64,000 nt of DNA. Origin: Thermodesulfovibrionales bacterium (GTDB lineage: Bacteria > Nitrospirota > Thermodesulfovibrionia > Thermodesulfovibrionales > UBA6898). The DNA is taken from contig JBIOIY010000004.1 in NCBI GenBank assembly GCA_044450345.1, positions 32,001 to 96,000 on the forward strand, read 5' to 3'. The notes beneath the pieces are model-generated. The model saw nothing but the letters and a program-made list of their open reading frames with translations, was not told where the DNA came from and did not search any database. The translations under genes were made by a program, and so were the position numbers. Positions 1 to 9,661 of the stretch are shown piece by piece; position 1 is the stretch's first letter, and each line of letters begins with the position of its first letter.

Positions 1-80
1 ATTTCACCTGGGACAGGATCGCCGAACAATATGAAGATTTCCTCCTGAAGGCAGTGCAGCGGCAAGGCCGTTTTCTGTGA
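1..80 (+). CDS. 3' end of a probable GT4 glycosyltransferase (partial)
   Basis: Frame from nt 3 reads FTWDRIAEQYEDFLLKAVQRQGRFL*, the typical GT-B C-terminal F(S/T)W..IA..Y helix; TGA at 78-80. Confidence 0.6.
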   Translation, partial: FTWDRIAEQYEDFLLKAVQRQGRFL

Positions 81-90
81 TGAGATGTCC

Positions 91-1296
91 TTATTCTGTG
101 TAGATTATCGCTTTGATCTTCTCCTCATCTCTCAACTTGGCAGCCAATTTCACTGATTCCTTCCTGTCTTCTGACTTTCCGATCAACACCCGGTAGAGAG
201 TCCCGTTGTCCTTACCGGTGCCTTTGCTCATGAAGGTATCGTATCCCTTGGCTTTAAATTGTTTAGCGAGCGCTGCGGCATTACTTTCACTTTTGAACAC
301 GCCGAGCTGGACGGAATAGGTCTTCTTCCCGGCTGTTTTCGAAGAGGACTTTTCCGGGGAGGCTGCGGGCGCCGGTACAGGCACCTGCTCCTTCTTTGCG
401 GCTGTTGAGGGTGCCGCCCTTTGGGCCGGGGCCGGAGGCGAAGGGACCGCCTTACTTTCAATGACGGGTTGCTGTTTCTGCTGTTCATTTGACGGGGTGG
501 GTGACTCGGCGGGGGATTGAGCAGGCGAAGGAGAAGGCGCAGGAGCGGGTGCTTCGGCCTTCGGCCTTGCTGCCGTACTCATGGGTTTCACGGAGACGGA
601 TTTTTTTGTTCCGGTGTAAAAGAGGAAACCTGCAATACCGGCTATCACGATGACCAGACCGGCAGCAACGACAGGGGAATTGCTTTTCTTTTTCCTGCGA
701 GGCGTTCCCTCTTTAGGAGAGGCATCGTAAGAAAAGTCAGGAGCGATCTCCCGAGTCGGCCCGCCAGTACTTTCCCGCTCTTCATCGAACTCAGGTATCC
801 CGGACATTTCAGGGGCCTCAAGCCGGGCGCCTTTGCCCTGCTGTGTGGCAGGAGCATTTAAAAAATCAGGCGTGCCACTCTCTTCTTTTTTGGGCACCCG
901 CTCTTTTTCCTTGACGTGCAGCACGATGGGGGCCTTTGTAGAGAGGACCTTCACTGTTTTTTCAAGTAGCTTACCCGGAGTGCAGGGGACATCCAGAAAA
1001 TCGGCGACCCCGAAAGAAGCAACGTCGCGCAAGTCAATGCCGCTGGAGGGAGAGGTCAGCAAGATGATAGGGACCTTTTGCAGCGACTCGAACTCGTGGA
1101 TCGTTTTGCAGATTTCAAGCCCTGTTTCATCAGGATTTATGAATATGAGCGAGGGGCTGACTTTCTGCGCCATTTCCGTGCCGACGTCGCCGCCGGGGAC
1201 TGCAAAAACAAGATATCCTTCCGATTCAAGAGTCGACGCGATGAGCTGCTCTGTTTCGCTGTCTGCGTCGATTACAAGGATTGTTTTGCTTGCCAT
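91..1296 (-). CDS. Pseudo-receiver domain - TM helix - Pro/Ala linker - SPOR domain protein
   Basis: N-terminal REC fold (KTILVIDAD...LESEGYLV...VPIILLT) with the phospho-Asp position reading N (LIFIN); TM VVAAGLVIVIAGIAGFLFY; C-terminal YSVQLGVF...LYRVLIG SPOR motif. Confidence 0.85.
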   Translation of the reverse strand: MASKTILVIDADSETEQLIASTLESEGYLVFAVPGGDVGTEMAQKVSPSLIFINPDETGLEICKTIHEFESLQKVPIILLTSPSSGIDLRDVASFGVADFLDVPCTPGKLLEKTVKVLSTKAPIVLHVKEKERVPKKEESGTPDFLNAPATQQGKGARLEAPEMSGIPEFDEERESTGGPTREIAPDFSYDASPKEGTPRRKKKSNSPVVAAGLVIVIAGIAGFLFYTGTKKSVSVKPMSTAARPKAEAPAPAPSPSPAQSPAESPTPSNEQQKQQPVIESKAVPSPPAPAQRAAPSTAAKKEQVPVPAPAASPEKSSSKTAGKKTYSVQLGVFKSESNAAALAKQFKAKGYDTFMSKGTGKDNGTLYRVLIGKSEDRKESVKLAAKLRDEEKIKAIIYTE

Positions 1297-1337
1297 GGTA
1301 AATCCCCCTTCAACTGGTTATCGGTATTCAGAGGGCC

Positions 1338-2366
1338 TCAAAGAGGTTCCCAATACTTGGAAGGCATATCTTGCGCGAGTTTGAGCGCGCCGTTTGATCC
1401 GGCAAACAGGGGCTCTTCGACGCATGATACCCTGCAGGGGCCGTATTCTTTCAGGGCGTCCTGGAGATATTCGCGGAGACCCCTTATAAGGCTGCCGCCG
1501 CCCGCCAGGACGATGTTGTTCTTTATCCTGACCTGGAATTCAGGATCGAACCGCGCGATCATCTCGGTCGTGGTCTCGGTGAGCGCCGGGAGAATGCTTT
1601 CGCAGGCCCTTTTGATCTCGTTCTTGATATCGTGCATGACCGGCTTGCCGTCGACGGGTATCTCCACCAGGACCTCTTCGGCCGTGTTTCCTACAAAACT
1701 GTATTTTTCTTTGAACAGACGCACCATGTTCTTGTTGAACTTCGAGTTCGGATACTTCTCGCTCAGATAACTGAAGAGCTGGTCGTCGATGTAATCCCCT
1801 GCGTTCAGTATGGTCTTCTGGTCTTCCTCGGCAGGGATCGCCCCGTGCATGATGCAGAAATCCGTTGTGCCGGCCCCTATATCGATTACGAGCGAGTTGT
1901 TCAAAAGGTTCATACCGTATGCGACCGCAAAGGGTTCGGTCACGACCATCAGGGCGTGGACGAATTCGGTCACGGCCTTTCTGATGGCGAGCTTGTTCAC
2001 CTTCAGGGTGTCGGCGGGCACGCCTACCACGGCGTGGATCTTCTGTTCCGGGTCAGGGCCTGCGAGCTCGATGAGGTGTTTTATGATCTCTTTCACGGCC
2101 TCTTCATTTTTGTCGATACCCTCCTTTATCACGCCGTGCTCAAGAGGCCTGCAGACGTCGAGGGAAAGCCTGTTCTGCAGGGCCTCGGCGCCGAACAGCA
2201 CCGGCTTGCCGACCACCTGCATCGAGATAAAGTCCTTGGGCCATCCCACGAAACTCTCGATCCACTCCCTCTTGCTGTTGCTTGCGGAGATGGCGCTCCT
2301 CGATGTACCGAGGTCGATCCCGACGAACAGGATATTATCTTTTTTCTGCGGATCCGTTTGCCTCAT
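1338..2366 (-). CDS. mamK-like: MamK-like actin family ATPase
   Basis: Actin motifs GIDLGTS, DIGAGTTD, LAGGGS; MamK-type features VGWPKD, AVVGVPA, VVTEPFAVAYG, PAEEDQ, KEKYSFVG and a C-terminal LAQDMPSKYW; AAGGAG SD upstream. Confidence 0.85.
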   Translation of the reverse strand: MRQTDPQKKDNILFVGIDLGTSRSAISASNSKREWIESFVGWPKDFISMQVVGKPVLFGAEALQNRLSLDVCRPLEHGVIKEGIDKNEEAVKEIIKHLIELAGPDPEQKIHAVVGVPADTLKVNKLAIRKAVTEFVHALMVVTEPFAVAYGMNLLNNSLVIDIGAGTTDFCIMHGAIPAEEDQKTILNAGDYIDDQLFSYLSEKYPNSKFNKNMVRLFKEKYSFVGNTAEEVLVEIPVDGKPVMHDIKNEIKRACESILPALTETTTEMIARFDPEFQVRIKNNIVLAGGGSLIRGLREYLQDALKEYGPCRVSCVEEPLFAGSNGALKLAQDMPSKYWEPL

Positions 2367-3384
2367 AACTCAGTTCTCCTTTATTTAGGTAATCCAGTAT
2401 CCCGGCCTCAAGATAATGGGCGATGTTCTCTCTGTGCCCCGGGGTGTTGAGCAGCTGTTCCTCCTCCTTGTTGCTGAGACAGGAGACCTCCGCCAGCACT
2501 GCCGGGATGTCCACCCCGAGCAGGACAACGAAGGGCGCCCTCTTGACCCCGAAATCATACGCGTTTCCGTTGTCTTTCTTGAAGTTCAGGAAAAGCTTTT
2601 TCTGTATCGAATATGCGAGGCCTCTGGACTCCTGCGTCTTCAGCCTCTCGCCCAGTTTCTCGATGATCTCCTTGAAATCGCTCAGGCCGTACTGGGAACC
2701 GGCGTTCTCCTGCTCCGCAAGACGCTGGGTGCCGGTGTCGGAAGAGGGGCCGAAGTAATAGGTCTCGATTATGTTGATCGGCTTGTGAGGAAGATAATTA
2801 AGATGGATGGATATGAAGAGGTCCGTCTTCTTCGACATTGCGAGATCGACCCTCTTGTTGAGGGGCATGGTGACGTCCTGGTCGCGGGTCATCAGCACAT
2901 TAAAACGGCCGTACTTGTCGAGGCGGTCTTTCAGCCTTTTTGCGATATCCAGGGTGATGTCCTTCTCCAGCGTGCCCATTATTCCCTTTGTGCCGGAGTC
3001 TGCGCCGCCGTGTCCTGCGTCTATCATGATCGTTTTTACCCCTAAGCCGAAGGTGCGGCTGACGGACATATCGGGGTTGGTGATAAAGGCCCTGTAATCG
3101 GCCGCGTTTGCCTTGGGGCTCTGAGGAGGGGCCATGTGCTTTATCTCGCCTGCGGTCAACTGCCTCTCCGAAAGGAAGGAGTTGGAGACATAAGACCCGT
3201 GGACGAGGATCGCGACCGTCGAAATGAGCAGGGTCAGAAAAAACTTATTGAGAACAAAATGTTTTGAACGGGATACGGCCCAGTCGCCTTTGCCGATGAT
3301 CCTCAGGTTCTCTTCATAAACCCCCCTCAGCATCTCCTGCTTTATCCTGAGGTCGGTCCTTTTCCGCGAAAAAATAGAGATCAT
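2335..3384 (-). CDS. N-acetylmuramoyl-L-alanine amidase (Amidase_3) with N-terminal TM
   Basis: IMIDAGHGG, EKDITLDIA, MTRDQD, LFISIHLN, PAVLAEV zinc-amidase motifs. Confidence 0.92.
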   Translation of the reverse strand: MISIFSRKRTDLRIKQEMLRGVYEENLRIIGKGDWAVSRSKHFVLNKFFLTLLISTVAILVHGSYVSNSFLSERQLTAGEIKHMAPPQSPKANAADYRAFITNPDMSVSRTFGLGVKTIMIDAGHGGADSGTKGIMGTLEKDITLDIAKRLKDRLDKYGRFNVLMTRDQDVTMPLNKRVDLAMSKKTDLFISIHLNYLPHKPINIIETYYFGPSSDTGTQRLAEQENAGSQYGLSDFKEIIEKLGERLKTQESRGLAYSIQKKLFLNFKKDNGNAYDFGVKRAPFVVLLGVDIPAVLAEVSCLSNKEEEQLLNTPGHRENIAHYLEAGILDYLNKGELSYEANGSAEKR

Positions 3385-3427
3385 AACGTTAGCATCACTT
3401 TACCAATTTGCGGGAAAAAATTCAATG
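3374..3427. repeat. 54-bp direct repeat, copy 1 (amidase start and upstream region)
   Basis: 51/54 identical to 7502-7555. Confidence 0.9.
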
Positions 3428-3651
3428 GAATACCTTTGCGGTAAAAGGTTTTTCGGCCCGATCAGGGCTTTCTGATCATCATCGAAAAGTAAGAAATATT
3501 CTCGACAAACGGGCGTGACACTTATGACACTTTATTGGCGGGGCCTCTTTTTGCCCGCCAGCGGGTTTAGAAGCTGCGCGTCCCTTGTAGAATTCGTCGC
3601 CCTTCAGTGTCCGCAGGGTAAGAGGAATCAGCAGGCGAGTTTCATCACTGC

Positions 3652-4671
3652 CTACCCGTGCAGAAACTTGCTGATTTTTGCGGTAAAGAATTCCCTGCTG
3701 CAGATAGAGGTTATCAAACTATAGAGGTCTCCATTGCTCACTTTCCTAATGCGCATTACGGCCTTTCTCTTCTTCAACATCTTCGGCAGCAGCCTGAGTG
3801 CATCGAGTTTCGCCCTAACGTAGAGCTTTAGTCTCCCGTGCCTGACGACGAAAAAAAGAAATTCCAGGAGCGTCCCGAGAATATAGGCCGGAAGGCAGCG
3901 GATGAAGACCCACGAAGGGATGTTCTTCATTCTGGTCAGTTCACTGTTTCTCAATGAATAAAACACCGCGGTATCACTCATGTTTCCGATCGTGGAGCGG
4001 ACTTTGTGATGAACAACGGCTGAAGGGACGTACTTCACCTTCCAGCCGGCCAACTGCGCCCTCAAATTGAAATCGGCGTCTTCGTAAATCAAGAAAAAAT
4101 CCTCGTCCAGAAACCCGATCTCCTCGATCATTTTCCTCCTGTACATGGCAGCACCTGCACATGCACCGAATACATATTCGTTTTCATTATACAAGTGAGC
4201 AGGCTTGCCTTCGCCGCGCTTGAATCCTTTCAAATTAGACGAGAAGCCGTCTCCTGCGCTGTCAATCAAATCCGTGCCCGCAACGAGCATCTTCGTCGCG
4301 CAGATACCGACCGAGGTGTCTTTTTCCATCGCCGAGACAAGACCTGCAAGGCAGTCCTTGTCCGCTTCTACGTCATTGTTGAGGAGCATTATGAAACTGC
4401 CCTTGGCGTGCTTGATGCCCTCGTTGTTGGCGCCTGGGAAGCCTATGTTTGAGGGCAGCGCAACCACCTCGACTGCCGGGAAGTTTTCTCTAATATATTC
4501 TACTGAACCGTCAGCAGAGCCGTTGTCCACTGCAATTACCTCGATATCCTGAAGGGACTGGGCAAAGACGGACTCAAGGCAAAGCCGCAATAATTCCCGG
4601 CCGTTATAGTTGACGATGATTATCGAGATAAGCGGAAAACCCGTATATTTTTCTTTCTGAATAAATTTCAT
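3652..4671 (-). CDS. GT2 family glycosyltransferase
   Basis: ISIIIVNYNG, VDNGSADGS, LLNND, GFLDEDFFLIYEDAD; ATG at 4671 chosen to avoid overlap with the upstream gene. Confidence 0.9.
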   Translation of the reverse strand: MKFIQKEKYTGFPLISIIIVNYNGRELLRLCLESVFAQSLQDIEVIAVDNGSADGSVEYIRENFPAVEVVALPSNIGFPGANNEGIKHAKGSFIMLLNNDVEADKDCLAGLVSAMEKDTSVGICATKMLVAGTDLIDSAGDGFSSNLKGFKRGEGKPAHLYNENEYVFGACAGAAMYRRKMIEEIGFLDEDFFLIYEDADFNLRAQLAGWKVKYVPSAVVHHKVRSTIGNMSDTAVFYSLRNSELTRMKNIPSWVFIRCLPAYILGTLLEFLFFVVRHGRLKLYVRAKLDALRLLPKMLKKRKAVMRIRKVSNGDLYSLITSICSREFFTAKISKFLHG

Positions 4672-4678
4672 AAGTAGT

Positions 4679-5812
4679 TCACTGAATACTAAGGAGTGCA
4701 CCAAGGTATCTTTCGACAACCTCGAAGATCACAACGTCGGGTTTCTCCTGCTCAATCACCCGAAAATCCATCTTCGGTTTCCAAACATATACGCTCCTTG
4801 AGAAATTCTCTGACAGATACGGAATCAGCCCATCAGCAAAGGAATCTCTGAACATTACAAGCTTAGGCAGGCCTTTGTCGTTTGTCATTGCTCCCACAGT
4901 ATCGCATCCTGCCATTGATTCATAAGCTACCGGTATTGGTCTTGCCTCTTTCGCCATTTTGGGCTCAAGTATTATTTCCGGGTCGGTTATCGACCCCTGG
5001 ATGTTAATAAAGCCGGCCAGATCCGCTATGTCTCTGTTATTGCCTAGCCGGACAACAAAATCGGAGAGCTTCATTGGCGCCACTATGGGATAGAACGCTT
5101 TAACGTGCGTCATGATTTCTTCATATCCGAGGAAAGCGCCGAGATTGTTCCAGTGCGTGTCAGTTCGGTAATAAAGGGGATAAGAGTGAAGGCTTTTGTT
5201 TGACAGGAGTTTTTGGCGGAGATCGACAAGGTCTACGCCTGTCGCAATGAGACACTCGCTAACCTGGCCGATCCTGGTTATTTTGCCCCCCTTACGTGCT
5301 ACTGACAGAGGTAATTTTTCGGGATATATCGTGTGTTTGTTGGGTATTATCGCGACAATGAAATGAATTTTATTCGCCCGTAGCCGTTCATTCAGTTTTA
5401 TAATTTTATCTTTTATTTGCGCGAGTTCATCCGCAGTAAAGTTGGCTTCCCCGGCATAATCTTTCAGATTCACCCCGTCTTTAGGGTCGTCATAAAAGAG
5501 CCATTTGTCCTCTCCTATAACTACACGCTCTGTTGGTGAAGTGGCTGCCAGCCTGACATGCGACAGGCTGTTGAGTCTCACAAGGTAATTGCGAAAACCG
5601 AAGTGGTCATTGAAATACATTTCGTATTCTTTAGGGTAGCTCAGTACAGCACCAAGGCTGAAACGCTTCAGCACCGGTTTTTCGGAAAGAGTCCTGTTCT
5701 CAGTGCCTGGCTTCTCAGGAAATAGTGACAGGGTCATCTGTAGGAGCGGCAGCCACAGGATGATCATAAATAGTCCCCCGGCAAAAAGCGCACTTTTTTT
5801 AGAGATCTGCAT
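4679..5812 (-). CDS. AlgJ/AlgX-like SGNH polysaccharide O-acetyltransferase component
   Basis: ENRTL, YFNDHFGFR, IPNKHTIYPE, YYRTDTHWN, FRDSF motifs; directly downstream of the MBOAT gene. Confidence 0.85.
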   Translation of the reverse strand: MQISKKSALFAGGLFMIILWLPLLQMTLSLFPEKPGTENRTLSEKPVLKRFSLGAVLSYPKEYEMYFNDHFGFRNYLVRLNSLSHVRLAATSPTERVVIGEDKWLFYDDPKDGVNLKDYAGEANFTADELAQIKDKIIKLNERLRANKIHFIVAIIPNKHTIYPEKLPLSVARKGGKITRIGQVSECLIATGVDLVDLRQKLLSNKSLHSYPLYYRTDTHWNNLGAFLGYEEIMTHVKAFYPIVAPMKLSDFVVRLGNNRDIADLAGFINIQGSITDPEIILEPKMAKEARPIPVAYESMAGCDTVGAMTNDKGLPKLVMFRDSFADGLIPYLSENFSRSVYVWKPKMDFRVIEQEKPDVVIFEVVERYLGALLSIQ

Positions 5813-5814
5813 CG

Positions 5815-7272
5815 TCAGAACCTGAAGTAAATGAACGGGTTATAAGTACCGCCGGACAGCAGGACTATGCAGGCCATGAGGACTGAAAAAAGCATCACGA
5901 GCCCTACGAAATCGTATGCAGTTGACATTATCGTTCCGCGCCCTTTTCCATTAACAGGCGTATTAGTGAGCGCAAGGACCATCCGGGCGACCGTGGGGGT
6001 GCTTCCGATCAGGCCGCATAAAATGACGACAACAGTCTTTACATTCAGCAGGTCGTTTATGGGGATACGTGTGGCGCTGCCGAATCCGAACATGACCTTG
6101 AGGTACTGCGCGGAGGCCACCACGGTCTCTGATCTGAAAAAGACCCAACCGATAAGCACAACCAGCAAGGTATAGCCGCGTCCCACCGGACTTGGTGCTG
6201 ATTCAATGAACCTGCCGAACCGCGTCCTCTCCAAGGACAGAAAAACGCCGTGCCACAGTCCCCATATGACAAAGGTCCAGCTTGCCCCATGCCACAGGCC
6301 ACAAAGAAAAAACACCACTAGGAGATTCAGATATGCCCTGTATGGCGAGACCCGGTTTCCGCCAAGTGGAATATACAGATAGTCCCTAAACCAGGTGGAC
6401 AAAGATATATGCCACCTCCTCCAGAATTCCCGTATCGAACGGGAGATGTAAGGGTAATTGAAGTTCTCTAGGAAATGAAAGCCGAACATTCTGCCGAGCC
6501 CGATAGCCATATCCGAATATCCGGAGAAGTCGAAATAGATCTGGAGGGCATAGCAGAGAGCGCCCAGCCAGGCAGCCCCAGGGGACAGGGCTGAAGAAGG
6601 GGTCCTGAAGATTTGGTCAGCCACGGAAGCGACTGTATTTGCGATAATCACTTTCTTGCCAAGGCCTATAATAAATCTCCGGACCCCGCTGAAAAAGAGT
6701 TCGGGAGCAATTACACGATCTGCTATCTGACCGGCGACATCTTTATAGCGGACGATCGGCCCGGCTATTAATTGCGGGAACAACGCCTTGTACATCGAGA
6801 AATTAATAAGGCTCCTTTGTGCCTTAACATCTCCCTTATAGACATCGATAACATACGAAAGCGCCTGAAAGGTGAAGAAGGAAATGCCTATTGGGAGATG
6901 GACTGAAGGGGCCTGGACCGCATGCCCGGCAAATCTGACGACCTGATTGATATTGCTTATTACGAAGTTAAAATACTTATAAAACACAAAGACCCCTAAA
7001 TTAAAGGACAAGGCTGCGATAAAGCCGGCTTTTGCCTTCCTGTCTCCCCCTGCTGTTCGGAGTTCTTTTTGTTTTTCGATGAATATCGCGAAGTAATAAT
7101 TGAAGACCATGTAGGCGACCATTACGAGCACATACTTGCCCTCTCCCCAAAAGTAAAAGACCAGGCTTGCGGCAAGAAGAAACATATTCCTCAGGTCTCT
7201 CCTGATGAGGAAATAACCCGACAGTACTATAGGCAGGAAGAAAAAAAGAAATATGACTGAACTAAACACCAT
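5815..7272 (-). CDS. algI: MBOAT O-acyltransferase (AlgI-like)
   Basis: MVFSSVIFL, LPIGISFFTFQ, FPQLIAGPIVRY, FWRRWHISLS, GLWHGA, YNPFIYFRF. Confidence 0.93.
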   Translation of the reverse strand: MVFSSVIFLFFFLPIVLSGYFLIRRDLRNMFLLAASLVFYFWGEGKYVLVMVAYMVFNYYFAIFIEKQKELRTAGGDRKAKAGFIAALSFNLGVFVFYKYFNFVISNINQVVRFAGHAVQAPSVHLPIGISFFTFQALSYVIDVYKGDVKAQRSLINFSMYKALFPQLIAGPIVRYKDVAGQIADRVIAPELFFSGVRRFIIGLGKKVIIANTVASVADQIFRTPSSALSPGAAWLGALCYALQIYFDFSGYSDMAIGLGRMFGFHFLENFNYPYISRSIREFWRRWHISLSTWFRDYLYIPLGGNRVSPYRAYLNLLVVFFLCGLWHGASWTFVIWGLWHGVFLSLERTRFGRFIESAPSPVGRGYTLLVVLIGWVFFRSETVVASAQYLKVMFGFGSATRIPINDLLNVKTVVVILCGLIGSTPTVARMVLALTNTPVNGKGRGTIMSTAYDFVGLVMLFSVLMACIVLLSGGTYNPFIYFRF

Positions 7273-7501
7273 GAGTCTAAATCCCTTTAATGAAATACCC
7301 GCCGGATTTCAGAGAGTTGTCTTTCTCGTAAAGAAATTTCGCGACCTTAGCTGGATCTTTCATTAAAACCCTCTTCATTAAGTAGTATTTTGCCTCTATT
7401 TCCCTGAGCAGCTATTTTTTTATCCACCGGATCGTCTTTAGCTACCCCTCCCGGAAAGAGATCCGGGGCTCCCACGAAAGGAAGTCGCGGTTACTCAAAA
7501 T

Positions 7502-7555
7502 ATAGAGATCATAACGTTCGCAACACTTTACCAATTTGCAGGAAAAAATTCAATG
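7502..7555. repeat. 54-bp direct repeat, copy 2 (dead copy of the amidase 5' end, reads MISIF*)
   Basis: 51/54 identical to 3374-3427; minus strand ATG ATC TCT ATA TTT TGA. Confidence 0.85.
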
Positions 7556-7771
7556 ACGGTAATGTTATCGCGGTGAGCCGACGGCCCTGATGGGTGTCGG
7601 GATTCTCGTCCCGCCTATTCCCCGGGGAAAAAGGTCCCTGATATCCCGTAAAAAAATTTTGCTCTATCAAGGCGCCACTGACATAATTTTCCTGAGATTT
7701 GCGGTATTCTTTGCAGTATCGATTGCCCGCGCACTGGGGATTTTTTACAGACAATACGGAGGGTGTGTGTT

Positions 7772-8062
7772 ATGAAACGAATTGTCTTGATGATTCTATT
7801 TTTCCTTGTGGTTCCTCTTTTGATCTCAGCCTGCGGGGGAAGCAGCGCTTCAGGATCAGACAACACGCAACCTCCTGCTGACGGGGTTCATGCCTTGGAT
7901 AACTGGCACTGGCGAAATCCTTTACCGCAAGGCAACGCCCTAAACAGAATAGCTTTCGGCAATGACATCTTAAAGGAAGGGAGTCCCGAGGGGGAGATTC
8001 ATGTCAGGATTATTTGTCAAAGAGTTTTTCAGAGTTGGGCGGGTCAGAAAATCTCTCAATAA
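7772..8062 (+). pseudogene. Truncated lipoprotein (start of a beta-propeller/BNR-like repeat protein)
   Basis: GGAGG SD, lipobox LLISAC, then WHWRNPLPQGNALNRIAFGN, normally the first blade of long propeller proteins; the ORF then runs into the convergent gene. Confidence 0.55.
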
Positions 8063-9545
8063 CATTTTTGTAAGCGATCAGTTGAGATTGTTGTACTTCA
8101 ATAATTCCATTATTTATATCATTTAAGCACTCTTGCACAATATGTGTCGCTATTTCCTCGTCATTATACTCCCTGATTTGATATTCCACCATCTCTATTC
8201 TGGAACTGAATTCACGATATTTTCTATTTTCTAGGACACCGCATGACGCCAAAGACACCCGTGGCATATTGAAGCCGTCAACTTTACTTATGAGATCATA
8301 AACCATGTCTAACTTTTCCATATTACAGGTCTCAAAAATATTGTCCCATTTGGCAGGAAGACGACCTCTATGAGACAAAAATATCAAATCAAATCCCAGC
8401 CTATTACTCAGTTCAATGATCTTGTCAACTTCGTGTGCATTGCCTAAGGTGATAACACAGGCCAGGTTAACTGTCTTTATCTCACCTTTACCCAGTGCGT
8501 CCGAGATGTATAACAGTTTTTTATAGACATTTTCCCATTTAGAGCCTCTCCTGATACTTTCATACGTCTCTCTTGTAGCTCCGTCAACAGAAATTGACAG
8601 CGTAATATTATTATGTCTGATTTCTTTCCAGATTTTAGGGGTAAAAACCGTCAAATTTGTGATCAGGTTTATGGTAATTCCACGGGAGGAGAAAAAGTCA
8701 GAGCGCAGCAGATCTACGAATTCATCAAATAGAAAAATCTCTCCGGCGCCTGAAGTAGTTATGCTTTGCAGATCGCCGGACGAAGCGATCCGTTTAATGT
8801 TGTTTACGGCATCCTGAACGGCCTTTCTGTTGACAACCTTGACGTCTTCGCGACATATAGTGCATTTCAGATTACAGCCGTCACTTATGTCGTACACTAA
8901 TTTAGAAGGTGCGAAATCCAATTCAGTTTTTCTATTGTTAATGGCATTCAAGGCACGTATGCTTGGCGATTCTTGCACAGCCGCACCATTCAAATAAGGG
9001 CATATATGCACACGACAAAACTTTCTATGATTGTCTTCCAGAAAAGCTTCACGATATTGACGTATTTTGATCCCATTCCACAACTCGTCATAAGACTGTT
9101 CATTTATATTGCCTATTGAGTAACTTATGCTGGCAAGCCAGCTGGGACACTGACACGTATGCACATCCCCCGATGCCATGATATAAAGATTGTTCCAGGG
9201 AAAGTAGCATTTTTCCGTGATCTGACGCTTATCGCTGATAAGAATAGGACTGGAGGACAACTCTATATCTGTTCCGGAGACTTTTACCCCAATAATGTGC
9301 GGCTTATTATCATCCTTAAGATAATTCTCCGCGTTATACACAAAAGAATGTTTTCCATTACCCTTCCCGGCCTTTAACAGGTCCTCACGAAACTGGGAAG
9401 CTGCAATGCTTGCAACACGTACAGCGTCGATATATACATCAAGATTGATGGGCCTGTCCGGTTCATCCTTTTTATAACACCAGCCAAATACCGTTTTATC
9501 ATTAAATCCATCCAAATATCCTTCGTATGCTATTTCTTTTCTCAT
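8010..9545 (-). CDS. Radical SAM protein with a SPASM-like domain placed before the SAM core
   Basis: CNLKCTIC (CxxxCxxC), GAGEIF, ISVDG...YESIRRG; upstream CYFPW...GDVHTCQC...IGNI...C...C; AT-rich. Confidence 0.8.
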   Translation of the reverse strand: MRKEIAYEGYLDGFNDKTVFGWCYKKDEPDRPINLDVYIDAVRVASIAASQFREDLLKAGKGNGKHSFVYNAENYLKDDNKPHIIGVKVSGTDIELSSSPILISDKRQITEKCYFPWNNLYIMASGDVHTCQCPSWLASISYSIGNINEQSYDELWNGIKIRQYREAFLEDNHRKFCRVHICPYLNGAAVQESPSIRALNAINNRKTELDFAPSKLVYDISDGCNLKCTICREDVKVVNRKAVQDAVNNIKRIASSGDLQSITTSGAGEIFLFDEFVDLLRSDFFSSRGITINLITNLTVFTPKIWKEIRHNNITLSISVDGATRETYESIRRGSKWENVYKKLLYISDALGKGEIKTVNLACVITLGNAHEVDKIIELSNRLGFDLIFLSHRGRLPAKWDNIFETCNMEKLDMVYDLISKVDGFNMPRVSLASCGVLENRKYREFSSRIEMVEYQIREYNDEEIATHIVQECLNDINNGIIEVQQSQLIAYKNVIERFSDPPNSEKLFDK

Positions 9546-9661
9546 GATTTAATCTTAGGACAAAACATTCAAACTGTACTCCCTCTCTGGGATTTCTATG
9601 GATGCAATTATATCATTTCACAGAGTGTGGTGTCCAGGAAGCGTTTTATGAAGTGACTTCG

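Noticed and set aside
1338..2366. Magnetosome gene island
   Set aside because: Only a MamK-like gene is present; no mamA/B/E/I/M/P/Q or mad/man genes are recognisable in the window
7661..7692. Shared tgacataattt motif upstream of the 7772 lipoprotein and the Big_2 lipoprotein (near 26205)
   Set aside because: An 11-nt AT-rich match with different spacing is too weak to call a regulatory site
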